DNA of 64,000 nucleotides from Bacteroidota bacterium (GTDB lineage: Bacteria > Bacteroidota > Bacteroidia > JABEUT01), in assembly GCA_013285655.1 (NCBI GenBank), contig JABDHI010000001.1, forward strand, positions 21,124-85,123. Direction: 5' to 3'. Shown here one piece after another: positions 47,345-56,865 of this stretch (positions are counted from its first letter, which is position 1; the number at the start of each line of letters is the position of its first letter). The notes beneath the pieces were generated by a model that did no database searches, was not told where the DNA came from, and saw only the letters and a list, made by a program, of their open reading frames with translations. The position numbers and the translations under genes were made by a program.

Positions 47345-48148
47345 CTAGTGCACCGTAAATATAACGGTCATGGTACCCTGCTGCTCAGGGGTGCCATCGG
47401 GGCTGGTACTAAACTTGGTGCTTTTGGCAGCATCTGTTGCCTTACCATACAAGCAGGCATTGGTAGTATTCGAACCTTTTTCACCCGGAGTTGCACTCAC
47501 TACGTTACCATTTTGGTCAACTATAATGCGCAATACAACAGTACCTTCTTCATGGCAATCGGCGTTGATTGAAGGGCGCCTTAACAATGATCTTCCGGTA
47601 AGTTTATAGCCAAATGGGCTATTACCCATACTTTCGCCGGGAGTTTTACCATCTGGCACACCGGCATTGCCCGGGTTGCCCGAAGTACCATCACCACCCG
47701 GGGTTCCACCTTTACTATGGCTGAATTTATTAAGCACACCTGCCAACTGCACACTTACCTGTGGTTGCGGTGGCGCTGTGCTGGTATCTACTTTATCGGT
47801 CTTGGTAGGTTTCTTGGCACTCTTTATAGAGCTAGGCTCTTCGGCATCATTAGTAACAACCTGTGAACTGGGCGCAACGGCAGGTTTACTGGCGGTAACT
47901 TTGTTCGATTTCTCAGGGTTATCATTCTCGCCTACATTGCTTTGTTCCACATGCCCGCTGCCATTAATACTATTACCAAAATCGGCTTCTACCTGCAATT
48001 CAGGAGGAGGGATTTCTTTATAGGGTGGCAATGGAGTTATAATGATATAGAAGAACAGGAACAACAATACAGCAGCATGCACAATAACTGTAATAATAAA
48101 GGCTATGCCCTTATTATTTCGTTCACGCTTTTCTGTAATGGTAGTCAT
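47345..48148 (-). CDS. tonB: TonB family energy transducer
   Basis: TM with His, Pro/Gly-rich linker, C-terminal GTVVLRIIVDQNGNV; follows exbB-exbD. Confidence 0.8.
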   Translation of the reverse strand: MTTITEKRERNNKGIAFIITVIVHAAVLLFLFFYIIITPLPPYKEIPPPELQVEADFGNSINGSGHVEQSNVGENDNPEKSNKVTASKPAVAPSSQVVTNDAEEPSSIKSAKKPTKTDKVDTSTAPPQPQVSVQLAGVLNKFSHSKGGTPGGDGTSGNPGNAGVPDGKTPGESMGNSPFGYKLTGRSLLRRPSINADCHEEGTVVLRIIVDQNGNVVSATPGEKGSNTTNACLYGKATDAAKSTKFSTSPDGTPEQQGTMTVIFTVH

Positions 48149-48573
48149 TATTGTTTGCTTGCCGGTTGTGTAGCCAAAATCATCTTCATCTTCAGGTCGC
48201 TGCCTATTTGCAATACGTCAACCAGGTCTTGTACGGTTAATGCTTTATCTAACCTCAAAATAGCTGTTGCATCTGTTAAGCCAGCAATTTTAGGGCGCAA
48301 TGCGTCCTCTAATTGTTCAGCGGTAAGCACCTGTGGCTTGGTGGGTTCCTTGGTATCGTTAAGGTAGTATTTTTTATCGGCTGTAACATAAATGGTAATT
48401 TGCTGCTTATTCATTTCCATAGCCTTTTTCGAACTTGGCAAAGTAAGCTTTACCACACTTGGGTTTACCATGGTAGCAACAATTAAGAAGAACAGGAGTA
48501 GGAAGAACATGATATCGTTCATGCTCGAGGCTTCAACGTGCGCGGTAAACTTATTGCTTCGTGTTATTTTCAT
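48148..48573 (-). CDS. exbD: ExbD/TolR biopolymer transporter
   Basis: SMNDIMFFLLLFFLI TM with conserved Asp. Confidence 0.92.
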   Translation of the reverse strand: MKITRSNKFTAHVEASSMNDIMFFLLLFFLIVATMVNPSVVKLTLPSSKKAMEMNKQQITIYVTADKKYYLNDTKEPTKPQVLTAEQLEDALRPKIAGLTDATAILRLDKALTVQDLVDVLQIGSDLKMKMILATQPASKQ

Positions 48574-48598
48574 TTTAAGAATGTGTTAAATTTATTCC

Positions 48599-48719
48599 CG
48601 ACACTAATAATTACACGAATTATCACTAATCTATTTTTATTCTGAGACCCTTCTATTAAAGTTCGTTTTGTCATTTTATTTAGTCTGCCTATCTAATTTT
48701 AATTCGTGAAATTCGTGTC
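48599..48719. repeat. GACACGAATT-family inverted pair between exbB and exbD
   Basis: Right arm 48701-48719 is the exact reverse complement of 39467-39485. Confidence 0.8.
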
Positions 48720-48737
48720 TAAAAGCGTACTGTCAAC

Positions 48738-49478
48738 TTACTTTTTAATCTCATCCTGAACCATTTCAATAAAATCTATCGACGATACTTCTATGCGCTG
48801 TATAGCTTTATTCACCATAATATTCAACCAGTGGTAAGCTAAAAAAGCAAAAATACCAATGGTAAGACCGGTAGCGCTGGTTATCATCTTTTCGTACAAA
48901 CCACCTGCAATAAGCCCTATGCTAATGTTATTGGCCAGCGATATGTTGTAGAATATTTTAATAACCCCCAGAATGGTTCCTATAAAACCAAACATAGGCG
49001 CTATACCGGCTATAATACCCAAAATGTTCAGGTTACGTTCCAGTTTATAAGCTTCTACCTTACCCTGGTTTTCCATTGATGATTCTATTTCCTCAATAGG
49101 TTTACCCAGCCTGTTAAGCCCCTTACCCACAATACGTGCCTGAGGGCTATCGGTGTTTTTGCAATAGGTTTTAGCGGCGTCAATGTTACCGTTACGCAGA
49201 AAATCGCGCATGCTATCAGTAAACTTGGCGTCGGTTTTGCCTGCTTGTTTTATATAAAGGAACCTTTCAATAAGGAAGAAAACTGCCAATAACGAAAGAA
49301 TAGCGAGGGGGTACATAACTATACCGCCGCTCTTTAATAACTCTAATAAGTTCATTTTAGCTTCGGTAGGAGCAGCAGCCGTAGGCATATTTGCCGCAGC
49401 CTTAGCTGTATCAACAACAGCGTTAACCGTTGAAGCAACTGTAGAAGCGGGTGCCTGAAGTAGGATGTGAAGCAGCAT
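48738..49478 (-). CDS. exbB: ExbB/TolQ/MotA proton channel
   Basis: APMFGFIGTILG, EKMITSATGL. Confidence 0.92.
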   Translation of the reverse strand: MLLHILLQAPASTVASTVNAVVDTAKAAANMPTAAAPTEAKMNLLELLKSGGIVMYPLAILSLLAVFFLIERFLYIKQAGKTDAKFTDSMRDFLRNGNIDAAKTYCKNTDSPQARIVGKGLNRLGKPIEEIESSMENQGKVEAYKLERNLNILGIIAGIAPMFGFIGTILGVIKIFYNISLANNISIGLIAGGLYEKMITSATGLTIGIFAFLAYHWLNIMVNKAIQRIEVSSIDFIEMVQDEIKK

Positions 49479-49686
49479 AGGGAATTAATTTAGAAGATTT
49501 GAATTTCAAAACACTAAAGTATTTTACCCCCATACATTAATTAAGTTTACTAATAGGAATATATGAACATGCCACTGTTAATCTATGGTAACGTTTTATT
49601 TAAATTAATATTGCTTATGTTTGTGTTTAAATAATATTTATAATTGCATTATATAATTTTTTCGTCCCAACATTAACTAACCAATT

Positions 49687-50064
49687 ATGAAAAAGACGAC
49701 GGGTTCTTCCGCAAAAAAAGCAGCAGCAAAGCCAGCTAAGGCAACAGCGAAGCCTGCTAAAAAAGCAGCAGCCGGAAAGAAGGAAAAGAAAGCTCCTGCT
49801 GAAAAAGACATGGAGAAAGAAAAGAAAGTGAAAGCCGCCAAAAAGCCGGTTAAGCCTGCTAAGGGCACCAGCAAGAAAAAGAAAGGCGACGACGATGACG
49901 AAGGTGAAGACTTTGTTGATGAATACGAAAAAGTAGAAAAGGACGATAGCGACGACGAAGGCGAAGTGGAGATCATTGAAGATGATGTTACCATTAGCGG
50001 AGACCTCAACTCATTTGACGATGACGATGAGGAAGATGATTTTTACAGCGAAGACGACTTTTAA
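49687..50064 (+). CDS. Low-complexity protein: Lys/Ala-rich N-half, Asp/Glu-rich C-half
   Basis: AKKAAAKPAK repeats followed by DDDDEGED...DDDDEEDDFYSEDDF; own AT-rich upstream region. Confidence 0.8.
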   Translation: MKKTTGSSAKKAAAKPAKATAKPAKKAAAGKKEKKAPAEKDMEKEKKVKAAKKPVKPAKGTSKKKKGDDDDEGEDFVDEYEKVEKDDSDDEGEVEIIEDDVTISGDLNSFDDDDEEDDFYSEDDF

Positions 50065-50072
50065 CCAAGCAT

Positions 50073-50153
50073 ATAAAGCGTAAAGTTTATAAAGTTATAA
50101 AGCAGATTCAAAGGGCTTTATAACTTTTTTGCTTTATGAGCTTTTCACTTTAT
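50073..50153. repeat. TAAAGTT-family inverted periodic repeat
   Basis: taaagcg taaagttt ataaagtt ataaag...ctttataacttt; related copy 60706-60798. Confidence 0.75.
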
Positions 50154-51214
50154 AAATTCCAGATAGTTCCCCCTTTATTATTTCTATCAGCCCCGGTTAC
50201 ACTGGCCAGGCAGTTATCTTTTCCTTCCCGGCGCAATACTCCTAAAAAAGCAAATACCAGGGCTTCTTTAAAATTCACTATTTCACCAGACGGAACGATC
50301 ACCTTGTGTTTCGGTAGAAATGTATTGATCTTCTTTACTAAATGCGCATTAAATGCTCCCCCACCCGTAACCAACACCCTGCCTGCTGACTGACCACCGA
50401 CCACTTGCTTAATCTGCATTGCAATATGTTCGGTAACGGTAGCTAGTTTATCGCCAGTGCTTATTTTAGAAGAATATATTATTGGCATAAACTCCTTCTC
50501 TACCCATTCGCGGCCCAATGATTTTGGGGGCTTGGCTTTATAGTAGCCAAGCGCGTTTAGTTTTTTCAGTAAATCATTATCTACTTTTCCTTTAGCAGCC
50601 AATAGGCCATCTTTATCGTATGGCTTACCCAATTTGCCTGCCAAATAATTCAATACAATATTTACCGGGCATATATCAAAGGCTATTCTTTTTCCCTTGG
50701 TATCAAATGAAATATTAGCAAAGCCACCCAGGTTGATACAATACTCATAATCGCCAAACAATAACTTATCACCAATCGGGACCAATGGTGCACCTTGCCC
50801 ATTCAAAGCCACATCAAGGCTTCTGAAATCATTTATAACATTATAGTTACTTGCTGCTACAATAGCAGGACCACTACCTAGTTGAAAGGTAAATTTCTTA
50901 TTCGGTTGATGGAAAACAGTATGCCCGTGCGATGCAACAAAATCAACCTTCTTTATTTTGTTTGCTTTAGTAAACGCTGCTACTTGCTGGCCCAGATATG
51001 TACCATAATCATGGTGCAATTGCAACAAAAATTCGCCCGATAATTGGTGTGCCTTTTGCAATTTCTTTAACCAGGCAGATGAATACGTAACAGTTTCAGC
51101 CGATTTAATAGAAAAGATCCACTTGTTGTTTTTATTGCTGAATGTGCAGTAGGCGATATCAAGTCCATCGAGCGATGTACCGGACATTAACCCTATTACA
51201 GAATAATTTGTCAA
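50150..51214 (-). CDS. anmK: Anhydro-N-acetylmuramic acid kinase
   Basis: GLMSGTSLDG, SHGHTVFH, GQGAPLVP, NLGGFAN, GGGAFN, KEA. Confidence 0.96.
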   Translation of the reverse strand: MTNYSVIGLMSGTSLDGLDIAYCTFSNKNNKWIFSIKSAETVTYSSAWLKKLQKAHQLSGEFLLQLHHDYGTYLGQQVAAFTKANKIKKVDFVASHGHTVFHQPNKKFTFQLGSGPAIVAASNYNVINDFRSLDVALNGQGAPLVPIGDKLLFGDYEYCINLGGFANISFDTKGKRIAFDICPVNIVLNYLAGKLGKPYDKDGLLAAKGKVDNDLLKKLNALGYYKAKPPKSLGREWVEKEFMPIIYSSKISTGDKLATVTEHIAMQIKQVVGGQSAGRVLVTGGGAFNAHLVKKINTFLPKHKVIVPSGEIVNFKEALVFAFLGVLRREGKDNCLASVTGADRNNKGGTIWNL

Positions 51215-51217
51215 GAT

Positions 51218-51904
51218 CTATTGTTTACCGAAGGTGTAAAAGATCTGTAAACCCCAACCTATGTATGTAAGCGGGCCATGATAGTCGGAAGGTATATAAG
51301 GAAAACTCTGACCAATACCAATATCATAAGGATTGTAAGTGTATGGGAGATACGTATATGAAATATGGAGCCCAATCCAAACCTGTTCATCGAGCCTGTA
51401 TGCTTCCATAATGCGGAGTGAGCCGAAAATACTTTTAGCACGAGGTGGATCGACAGGGGCACCGGTAAATTGAACTATACCCTCTCCTCCTGTAAAGGTT
51501 GCATTAAATAAAAAATCGTTTTTTGTAGATGAATGATAACCTAACCTAACACCACCCATATACAAGAACATACGCGGGCTTACATACGAATAACGAGGGA
51601 ATGCGTTACCAAACTCATTATCGTATCCTTCAGCACCTATATATACTCGTTTGGTTATTGAGGCATCAATAGCGGCATTAAAGGCATAAATACCGTTGGT
51701 AAAATCCCTAACAAAAGCAGGATCAGTAAGCGCGTAAGTGATATCCGTTCCGGCCTGTACTGAATATTTGAAGAATTTATCACTTCCACCCGATGAGGTA
51801 GGTATCATTTGCTGTCCTTCATCCTTTTGGGCAAACGAAAACATAGGGATTGCTATCATTATCAAAAACAACGTGCATAGCTTTCTCATATTTTCCCCTA
51901 TCAT
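51218..51904 (-). CDS. Hypothetical outer-membrane beta-barrel protein
   Basis: Signal peptide (likely start MRKLCTL), alternating aromatic strands, terminal YTF. Confidence 0.65.
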   Translation of the reverse strand: MIGENMRKLCTLFLIMIAIPMFSFAQKDEGQQMIPTSSGGSDKFFKYSVQAGTDITYALTDPAFVRDFTNGIYAFNAAIDASITKRVYIGAEGYDNEFGNAFPRYSYVSPRMFLYMGGVRLGYHSSTKNDFLFNATFTGGEGIVQFTGAPVDPPRAKSIFGSLRIMEAYRLDEQVWIGLHISYTYLPYTYNPYDIGIGQSFPYIPSDYHGPLTYIGWGLQIFYTFGKQ

Positions 51905-51930
51905 GCTAGTATAACGCCGAAACGCGTTAT

Positions 51931-52746
51931 TTATTTTGCAGCTTTTGCTTCCATTACCTCCATACTAACACCGGTGGTAGAATACCCACCATCGTGATAT
52001 AGGTTTTGCATGGTAACCATTTTGGTATAGTCGCTGAAAAGTGAAATGCAATAGTCAGCACATGATTCGGCACTGGCATTACCCAATGGAGAAATAGAAT
52101 CAGCATATCCGTAAAAATCTTCAAAGCCTTTTATGCCTGAACCTGCAGTGGTTTTGGTTGGTGATTGAGATATACTGTTGATACGCACTTTTTTAGCTTT
52201 ACCATAATGGTAACCAAAACTACGTACTATTGATTCGAGCATGGCCTTAGCATCTGCCATATCGCCATAAAAAGGATATGCCCTTTGAGCTGCTATATAG
52301 CTTAGCGTAACCACACTACCCCATTCATTAATGGCATCCATCTTTTTGGCTACTGCCAGCATTTTGTGCAACGACATAGCCGATATATCAAGACTCTTGG
52401 CATAAAAATCATAATTCAATGCATCATATGGGATATTCTTCCTGATATTAGGCGACATTCCTATTGAATGCAACACAAAATCTATTTTGCCTCCCAATAC
52501 TTCCTGCGATTTTTGGAAAAGCACAGTAAGCTCATCTACACTGGTAGCATCAGCCGGAATAACTTCAGATTTGGTAGATTCCGCAAGCTTCTTTATTTCG
52601 CCCATACGCAATGCAATAGGCGCGTTGGTCAATGTAAAAATAGCGCCTTCGGCATGCGCCTTTTCTGCTACTTTCCAAGCTATAGAGTTAGAATCAAGAG
52701 CTCCTGAAATGATACCTCTTTTACCTTTTAATATATTGTTCGACAT
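51931..52746 (-). CDS. fabI: Enoyl-ACP reductase
   Basis: GALDSNSIAW, LHSIGMS, MADAKAMLES; start 52746 (ORF track 52788). Confidence 0.95.
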   Translation of the reverse strand: MSNNILKGKRGIISGALDSNSIAWKVAEKAHAEGAIFTLTNAPIALRMGEIKKLAESTKSEVIPADATSVDELTVLFQKSQEVLGGKIDFVLHSIGMSPNIRKNIPYDALNYDFYAKSLDISAMSLHKMLAVAKKMDAINEWGSVVTLSYIAAQRAYPFYGDMADAKAMLESIVRSFGYHYGKAKKVRINSISQSPTKTTAGSGIKGFEDFYGYADSISPLGNASAESCADYCISLFSDYTKMVTMQNLYHDGGYSTTGVSMEVMEAKAAK

Positions 52747-52828
52747 AGTAGATGTGTTTTTAATAGAGACAAATATAATAGAATTCAACTGCGATAAATT
52801 CCTTCTTCTTTATAGTTTTCATCCAAAG

Positions 52829-53302
52829 TCAGTGTATATCGCGTGAAGATTCTTGCGGCCAGGGCGGAGTAATATATTTTAAATGTTTCCCATCATCCTG
52901 TATCTCTATTTTAGTAATACTATCTATTGGAATTGAATATCTAATAAATGGCATTAACCTCGATTCGACACCATAAACTTTTCCATTCGCAATTACTAGT
53001 CTATCAAAATAAAATACGGTCCTTTTAGCATCCTTTCCATATGTAAATCGTGTTTCTATGCTTGGGCTATTAATTAGTATGGCTGGATTACCATTCTCAT
53101 CTTTGCAATAGATAAGTTTAATAGGATTAGCCAAATAAGTCATATTGGGCAATAACACACCAATATGATACACATCAACCATTTTCATCTTAGATGAGTC
53201 TATACCCGCAAACTGATCTTTGAGACTGCTCACAGAAGTATAATAAGTCTCACAGGAGAACAAGCAACATGAAATAGCTATCAATAAGACTATTTTCTTC
53301 AT
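52829..53302 (-). CDS. Hypothetical lipoprotein (orphan)
   Basis: Lipobox LFSC; lies between recN and fabI. Confidence 0.75.
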   Translation of the reverse strand: MKKIVLLIAISCCLFSCETYYTSVSSLKDQFAGIDSSKMKMVDVYHIGVLLPNMTYLANPIKLIYCKDENGNPAILINSPSIETRFTYGKDAKRTVFYFDRLVIANGKVYGVESRLMPFIRYSIPIDSITKIEIQDDGKHLKYITPPWPQESSRDIH

Positions 53303-53319
53303 TAAGTGGTTGATTATTC

Positions 53320-54975
53320 TTATTTAGCCAGCAACTCAGTAGCGGTCTTTATGGCCGAACTACCCGGTTTACCCATACTTATCATGCGGGCAATCTCCTC
53401 TACCCTTTCATCGGCCGTTAATTGCCGTATACGGGTAACGGTCTTATTCTTTTGGTCTTCTTTATAAACCATAAAGTGCGTATTGCCGCGACTGGCTATT
53501 TGTGGTAAGTGGGTTATCATTATCACCTGCATTGATGCACTTATCTTTAATACCAGTTCAGCTACCTGTCCAGCTACCTGACCAGATACACCAGTGTCAA
53601 TTTCATCAAAAATAATGGTAGGCATATCGGTAAGCTTTGCTACCAATGCCTTTATTACCAGCATTAAGCGCGATAATTCACCACCGGATGCTACTTTTTC
53701 TACTTCCCTTAGGTCTTTACCTTTATTGGCTGAGAACATAAAGCGAACATCATCGGTACCCAATGCAGCAAAAGCCTCCAGTGGTAATAAATCTATTTTA
53801 AAGCGGGCATTAGGCATACCTAATGCGCCCAAATGATCTTGTATATCTGTCTCTAGCTTTGGAATCACCTTTTTACGGCCTGCACTAATACGTACTGCCA
53901 TCTTTTTCAAGGCTTCATCCAGTGCATTTTTTTCTTTCTGCAATTGCTCTATTTGTGTTTCGAGCGAAGAGATGTTTTGCAAACGCCCAACTAGTTCTTC
54001 CTCTATCTTCAATAGCTCTTCCGATGTATTTACACGGTGTTTTTGTGCCAAACGAAGAATAGTATCTAGTCTTTCTGACAATGTATTGGCCCGTTTAGGG
54101 TCGTGATTTATTTTTTGCTCAATATTTTCTACTTCAGCCGAAATATCTTTCAGTTCAACTACCATCGAATTGATTCGAGTTACCAGATCAGCAATTGCAG
54201 TATTGTAGTTTGCAACCGATGCCAGTTTGTTCTTCACATCTACCAACGCAGCAACCAAATTACTATCGCCTGATTGAAGAATATCAGATGAAGCTATTAA
54301 CAATGCCTTTATCTGATCGGCATGGGTAAGCATTTCTAACTCCTCTTCTACTTTCTTTTCTTCTCCAACTTCCAACTTGGCTTCCGACATTTCATTTACC
54401 TGGAACTCCAAATAATCTTTCTCTTTCCTTGCTTCAGCTTCACGTATTATTTGAAACTCTAATTCTTTAGCAACGGTTTTATACCTTGAGAATTGCTTTT
54501 TATAATCATCTAACAAAGTAGTATGGGCTGCATAAGCATCAACTACCGATAACTGAAAGCCAGATTCATTCAGCAACAGGTTCTCGTGCTGCGAGTGTAT
54601 ATCAATAAGTTTTGAGGCCAGGGCTTTTATCTGCACCAAGGTAACAGGAGTATCGTTTATAAATGCGCGTGATTTGCCTTCAGGCGAAATTTCACGACGA
54701 ATTAATATTTCGTTTCCTAAATCGAGATCGTTTTGGGCGAAGAAGTTTTTTATTTCAGGATGCTTGCTGCTGAATTCTCCTTCTACAATACATTTCTTGG
54801 TCTTATCGTTCACCAATTCCGATTCGGCACGTTGACCGAGTAAAAGGAACAATGCTCCAAGTAGGATTGATTTACCCGCACCTGTCTCACCAGTTATAAT
54901 AGCCATATTATCGGGGAAAGACACATCAATAGTATCTATCAGGGCATAATTGCGGATATGTATAGCGCGAAGCAT
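53320..54975 (-). CDS. recN: DNA repair protein RecN
   Basis: TGETGAGKS, coiled coil, ASGGELSR, FDEIDTGVSG; start 54975. Confidence 0.97.
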   Translation of the reverse strand: MLRAIHIRNYALIDTIDVSFPDNMAIITGETGAGKSILLGALFLLLGQRAESELVNDKTKKCIVEGEFSSKHPEIKNFFAQNDLDLGNEILIRREISPEGKSRAFINDTPVTLVQIKALASKLIDIHSQHENLLLNESGFQLSVVDAYAAHTTLLDDYKKQFSRYKTVAKELEFQIIREAEARKEKDYLEFQVNEMSEAKLEVGEEKKVEEELEMLTHADQIKALLIASSDILQSGDSNLVAALVDVKNKLASVANYNTAIADLVTRINSMVVELKDISAEVENIEQKINHDPKRANTLSERLDTILRLAQKHRVNTSEELLKIEEELVGRLQNISSLETQIEQLQKEKNALDEALKKMAVRISAGRKKVIPKLETDIQDHLGALGMPNARFKIDLLPLEAFAALGTDDVRFMFSANKGKDLREVEKVASGGELSRLMLVIKALVAKLTDMPTIIFDEIDTGVSGQVAGQVAELVLKISASMQVIMITHLPQIASRGNTHFMVYKEDQKNKTVTRIRQLTADERVEEIARMISMGKPGSSAIKTATELLAK

Positions 54976-55050
54976 GAAACAAATATAGGAAAGAGGCAAC
55001 TATCTACTTTAATAGTGTCAATAACTTTCCTTTTATGTTAAAAAAGAGGG

Positions 55051-55470
55051 TTAGTGAGAGCACTTCATCACTGTAACACAATCACCGGGATGGTGATACT
55101 CGCAGAAATTTTCGCGCTTGTCTTTTAAAGAAGCAGGATACTCTTTGGTTTCTTTAAAACCTAACTTTTTAAAAAAATTTGGAATAACGGTTACGAGGTA
55201 AACGTCGGTATTAATAGTTGACAAAATATCCTTCACAATGGCCTCGCCTAGTTTCTTGCCTCTGTATTCTTCCACTACTCCAATGCTACATAGCTCTGTG
55301 CCATCCTTGCGCTGCTTTAACCTGCCGAATGCAGCAAGTTTATCATCGTATAGCAATACTTTAAATTGTTCTTTCGTTGCTTCACTGCTATCAAGCACAA
55401 ACTTCTTCAGGTAGCTTCTCACGTCCTCGAACTCTGCTTCATTAGGTTGGCGAACAACTATATTGATCAT
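55051..55470 (-). CDS. GNAT acetyltransferase (ArgA-like)
   Basis: ELCSIGVVEEYRGKKLG acetyl-CoA motif, FFKKLGF. Confidence 0.85.
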   Translation of the reverse strand: MINIVVRQPNEAEFEDVRSYLKKFVLDSSEATKEQFKVLLYDDKLAAFGRLKQRKDGTELCSIGVVEEYRGKKLGEAIVKDILSTINTDVYLVTVIPNFFKKLGFKETKEYPASLKDKRENFCEYHHPGDCVTVMKCSH

Positions 55471-56342
55471 AGCTTCGGAAATATCTTCAGGCTCATATCG
55501 AGGCTCTTAACACTGTGGGTAAGCGCACCTACCGAAATATAGTCGACGCCCGTTAATGCATATTGCCTGAGGTTGGCTTTGGTTACACCACCCGACCCTT
55601 CGGTCTCGTATTTGCCATTTATAAGCTTAACAGCTTTTGTCATTTCAGCGGGAGTAAAATTATCGATGAGTATGCGTTGTATGCCACCCACTGCCAATAT
55701 TTCTTTTATCTCCTGCATGCTGCCTGCTTCAATCTCAATATCGAGTTTCTTTTTGTTTTGCTTTAGGTACTTGTGTGTAGCATCTAATGCCTGCTTCACT
55801 CCTCCCGCACATTGTACGTGATTGTCTTTTATCAGAATCATATCATACAATCCCCAACGGTGGTTGGTTGCCCCACCAATATGCACGGCCCATTTTTCGA
55901 GCATACGCATACCGGGCGTTGTTTTACGGGTATCGAGCACTTTGGCTTTTGTGCCTTTACATAATTCGGTAAGTTCGTGCGCTTGGGTTGCAATACCACT
56001 CATACGCTGCATGCAGTTAAGCACAAACCTTTCAGCCGTTAATAACGATCGTGCAGGGCCCTTTACATAGAAAGCTATATCGCCGGTTGTAACCTTGGCG
56101 CCTTCCTTCATTTTAACCTCAACCTTTATCTTCTTATCTACTTTTTTAAATATCATCTGTGCCAGTTCAATACCGGCAATAATGCCGGTATCTTTCACCA
56201 ATAGCTTGCCCTCGGCTTGGGTGGTGGCTTTAATGGTAGCGAAGGAAGTATGGTCGCGTTCGCCAATATCTTCTTTAATAGCATTATCTATAAATGCATT
56301 TAATTGCTTTGTAAAAGCCGGGGTGTGGAATATGTCGCGCAT
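55467..56342 (-). CDS. nadC: Nicotinate-nucleotide diphosphorylase (quinolinate PRTase)
   Basis: RMSGIAT, DTRKTTPG, HRWGLYD, IKDNH, LIDN; start 56342 (ORF track 56459). Confidence 0.97.
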   Translation of the reverse strand: MRDIFHTPAFTKQLNAFIDNAIKEDIGERDHTSFATIKATTQAEGKLLVKDTGIIAGIELAQMIFKKVDKKIKVEVKMKEGAKVTTGDIAFYVKGPARSLLTAERFVLNCMQRMSGIATQAHELTELCKGTKAKVLDTRKTTPGMRMLEKWAVHIGGATNHRWGLYDMILIKDNHVQCAGGVKQALDATHKYLKQNKKKLDIEIEAGSMQEIKEILAVGGIQRILIDNFTPAEMTKAVKLINGKYETEGSGGVTKANLRQYALTGVDYISVGALTHSVKSLDMSLKIFPKL

Positions 56343-56359
56343 AGGTGTCAAAACAGGGA

Positions 56360-56376
56360 TATATTTGTCAAAAATA
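56360..56376. promoter_or_regulatory. Overlapping divergent -7 elements for rlmH (+) and nadC (-)
   Basis: TATATTTG (56360-67, +) and TATTTTTG (56369-76, -). Confidence 0.65.
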
Positions 56377-56385
56377 TAGCATTTA

Positions 56386-56853
56386 ATGAAAGTAACGCTA
56401 ATAGCCATCGGCGACCACGAAGACAAATACCTGGCAGAAGGTTTCGACCTGTATGCCAAACGCCTGCAACACTATATAGCGTTCGATATGCAGACCATAC
56501 CGACCTTAAAGAAAAAAGGCCAAAGCAAAGAAGCCATTATGCAAGCCGAAAGCAAAGAGATATTGAAAAAACTTGCTCCGGGTGACTTGTTGATATTATT
56601 GGATGAAAAAGGCAAAGAATATTCATCAGTGGAACTGGCTAACCAAATGCAGAAGTATTTTAACATGCCGGGTAAACGCATGTTCTTTTTAATTGGTGGC
56701 GCTTTTGGCTTTGCACCCGAAATTTATGCAAGGGCCAACCAAAAAATATCTATGTCGAAGTTGACCTTTAACCACCAAATGGCGAGGTTGTTCTTTTTAG
56801 AGCAGTTTTACAGGGCTATGACTATATTAAAGGGAGAACCTTATCACCACTAA
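56386..56853 (+). CDS. rlmH: 23S rRNA pseudouridine-1915 N3-methyltransferase
   Basis: LLDEKGK, FLIGGAFGF, EQFYRA...GEPYHH. Confidence 0.96.
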   Translation: MKVTLIAIGDHEDKYLAEGFDLYAKRLQHYIAFDMQTIPTLKKKGQSKEAIMQAESKEILKKLAPGDLLILLDEKGKEYSSVELANQMQKYFNMPGKRMFFLIGGAFGFAPEIYARANQKISMSKLTFNHQMARLFFLEQFYRAMTILKGEPYHH

Positions 56854-56865
56854 TTAAGTGAAGAG

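Noticed and set aside
56343-56459. N-terminal extension of NadC
   Set aside because: Overlaps the divergent promoters and rlmH; start 56342 gives a normal length.
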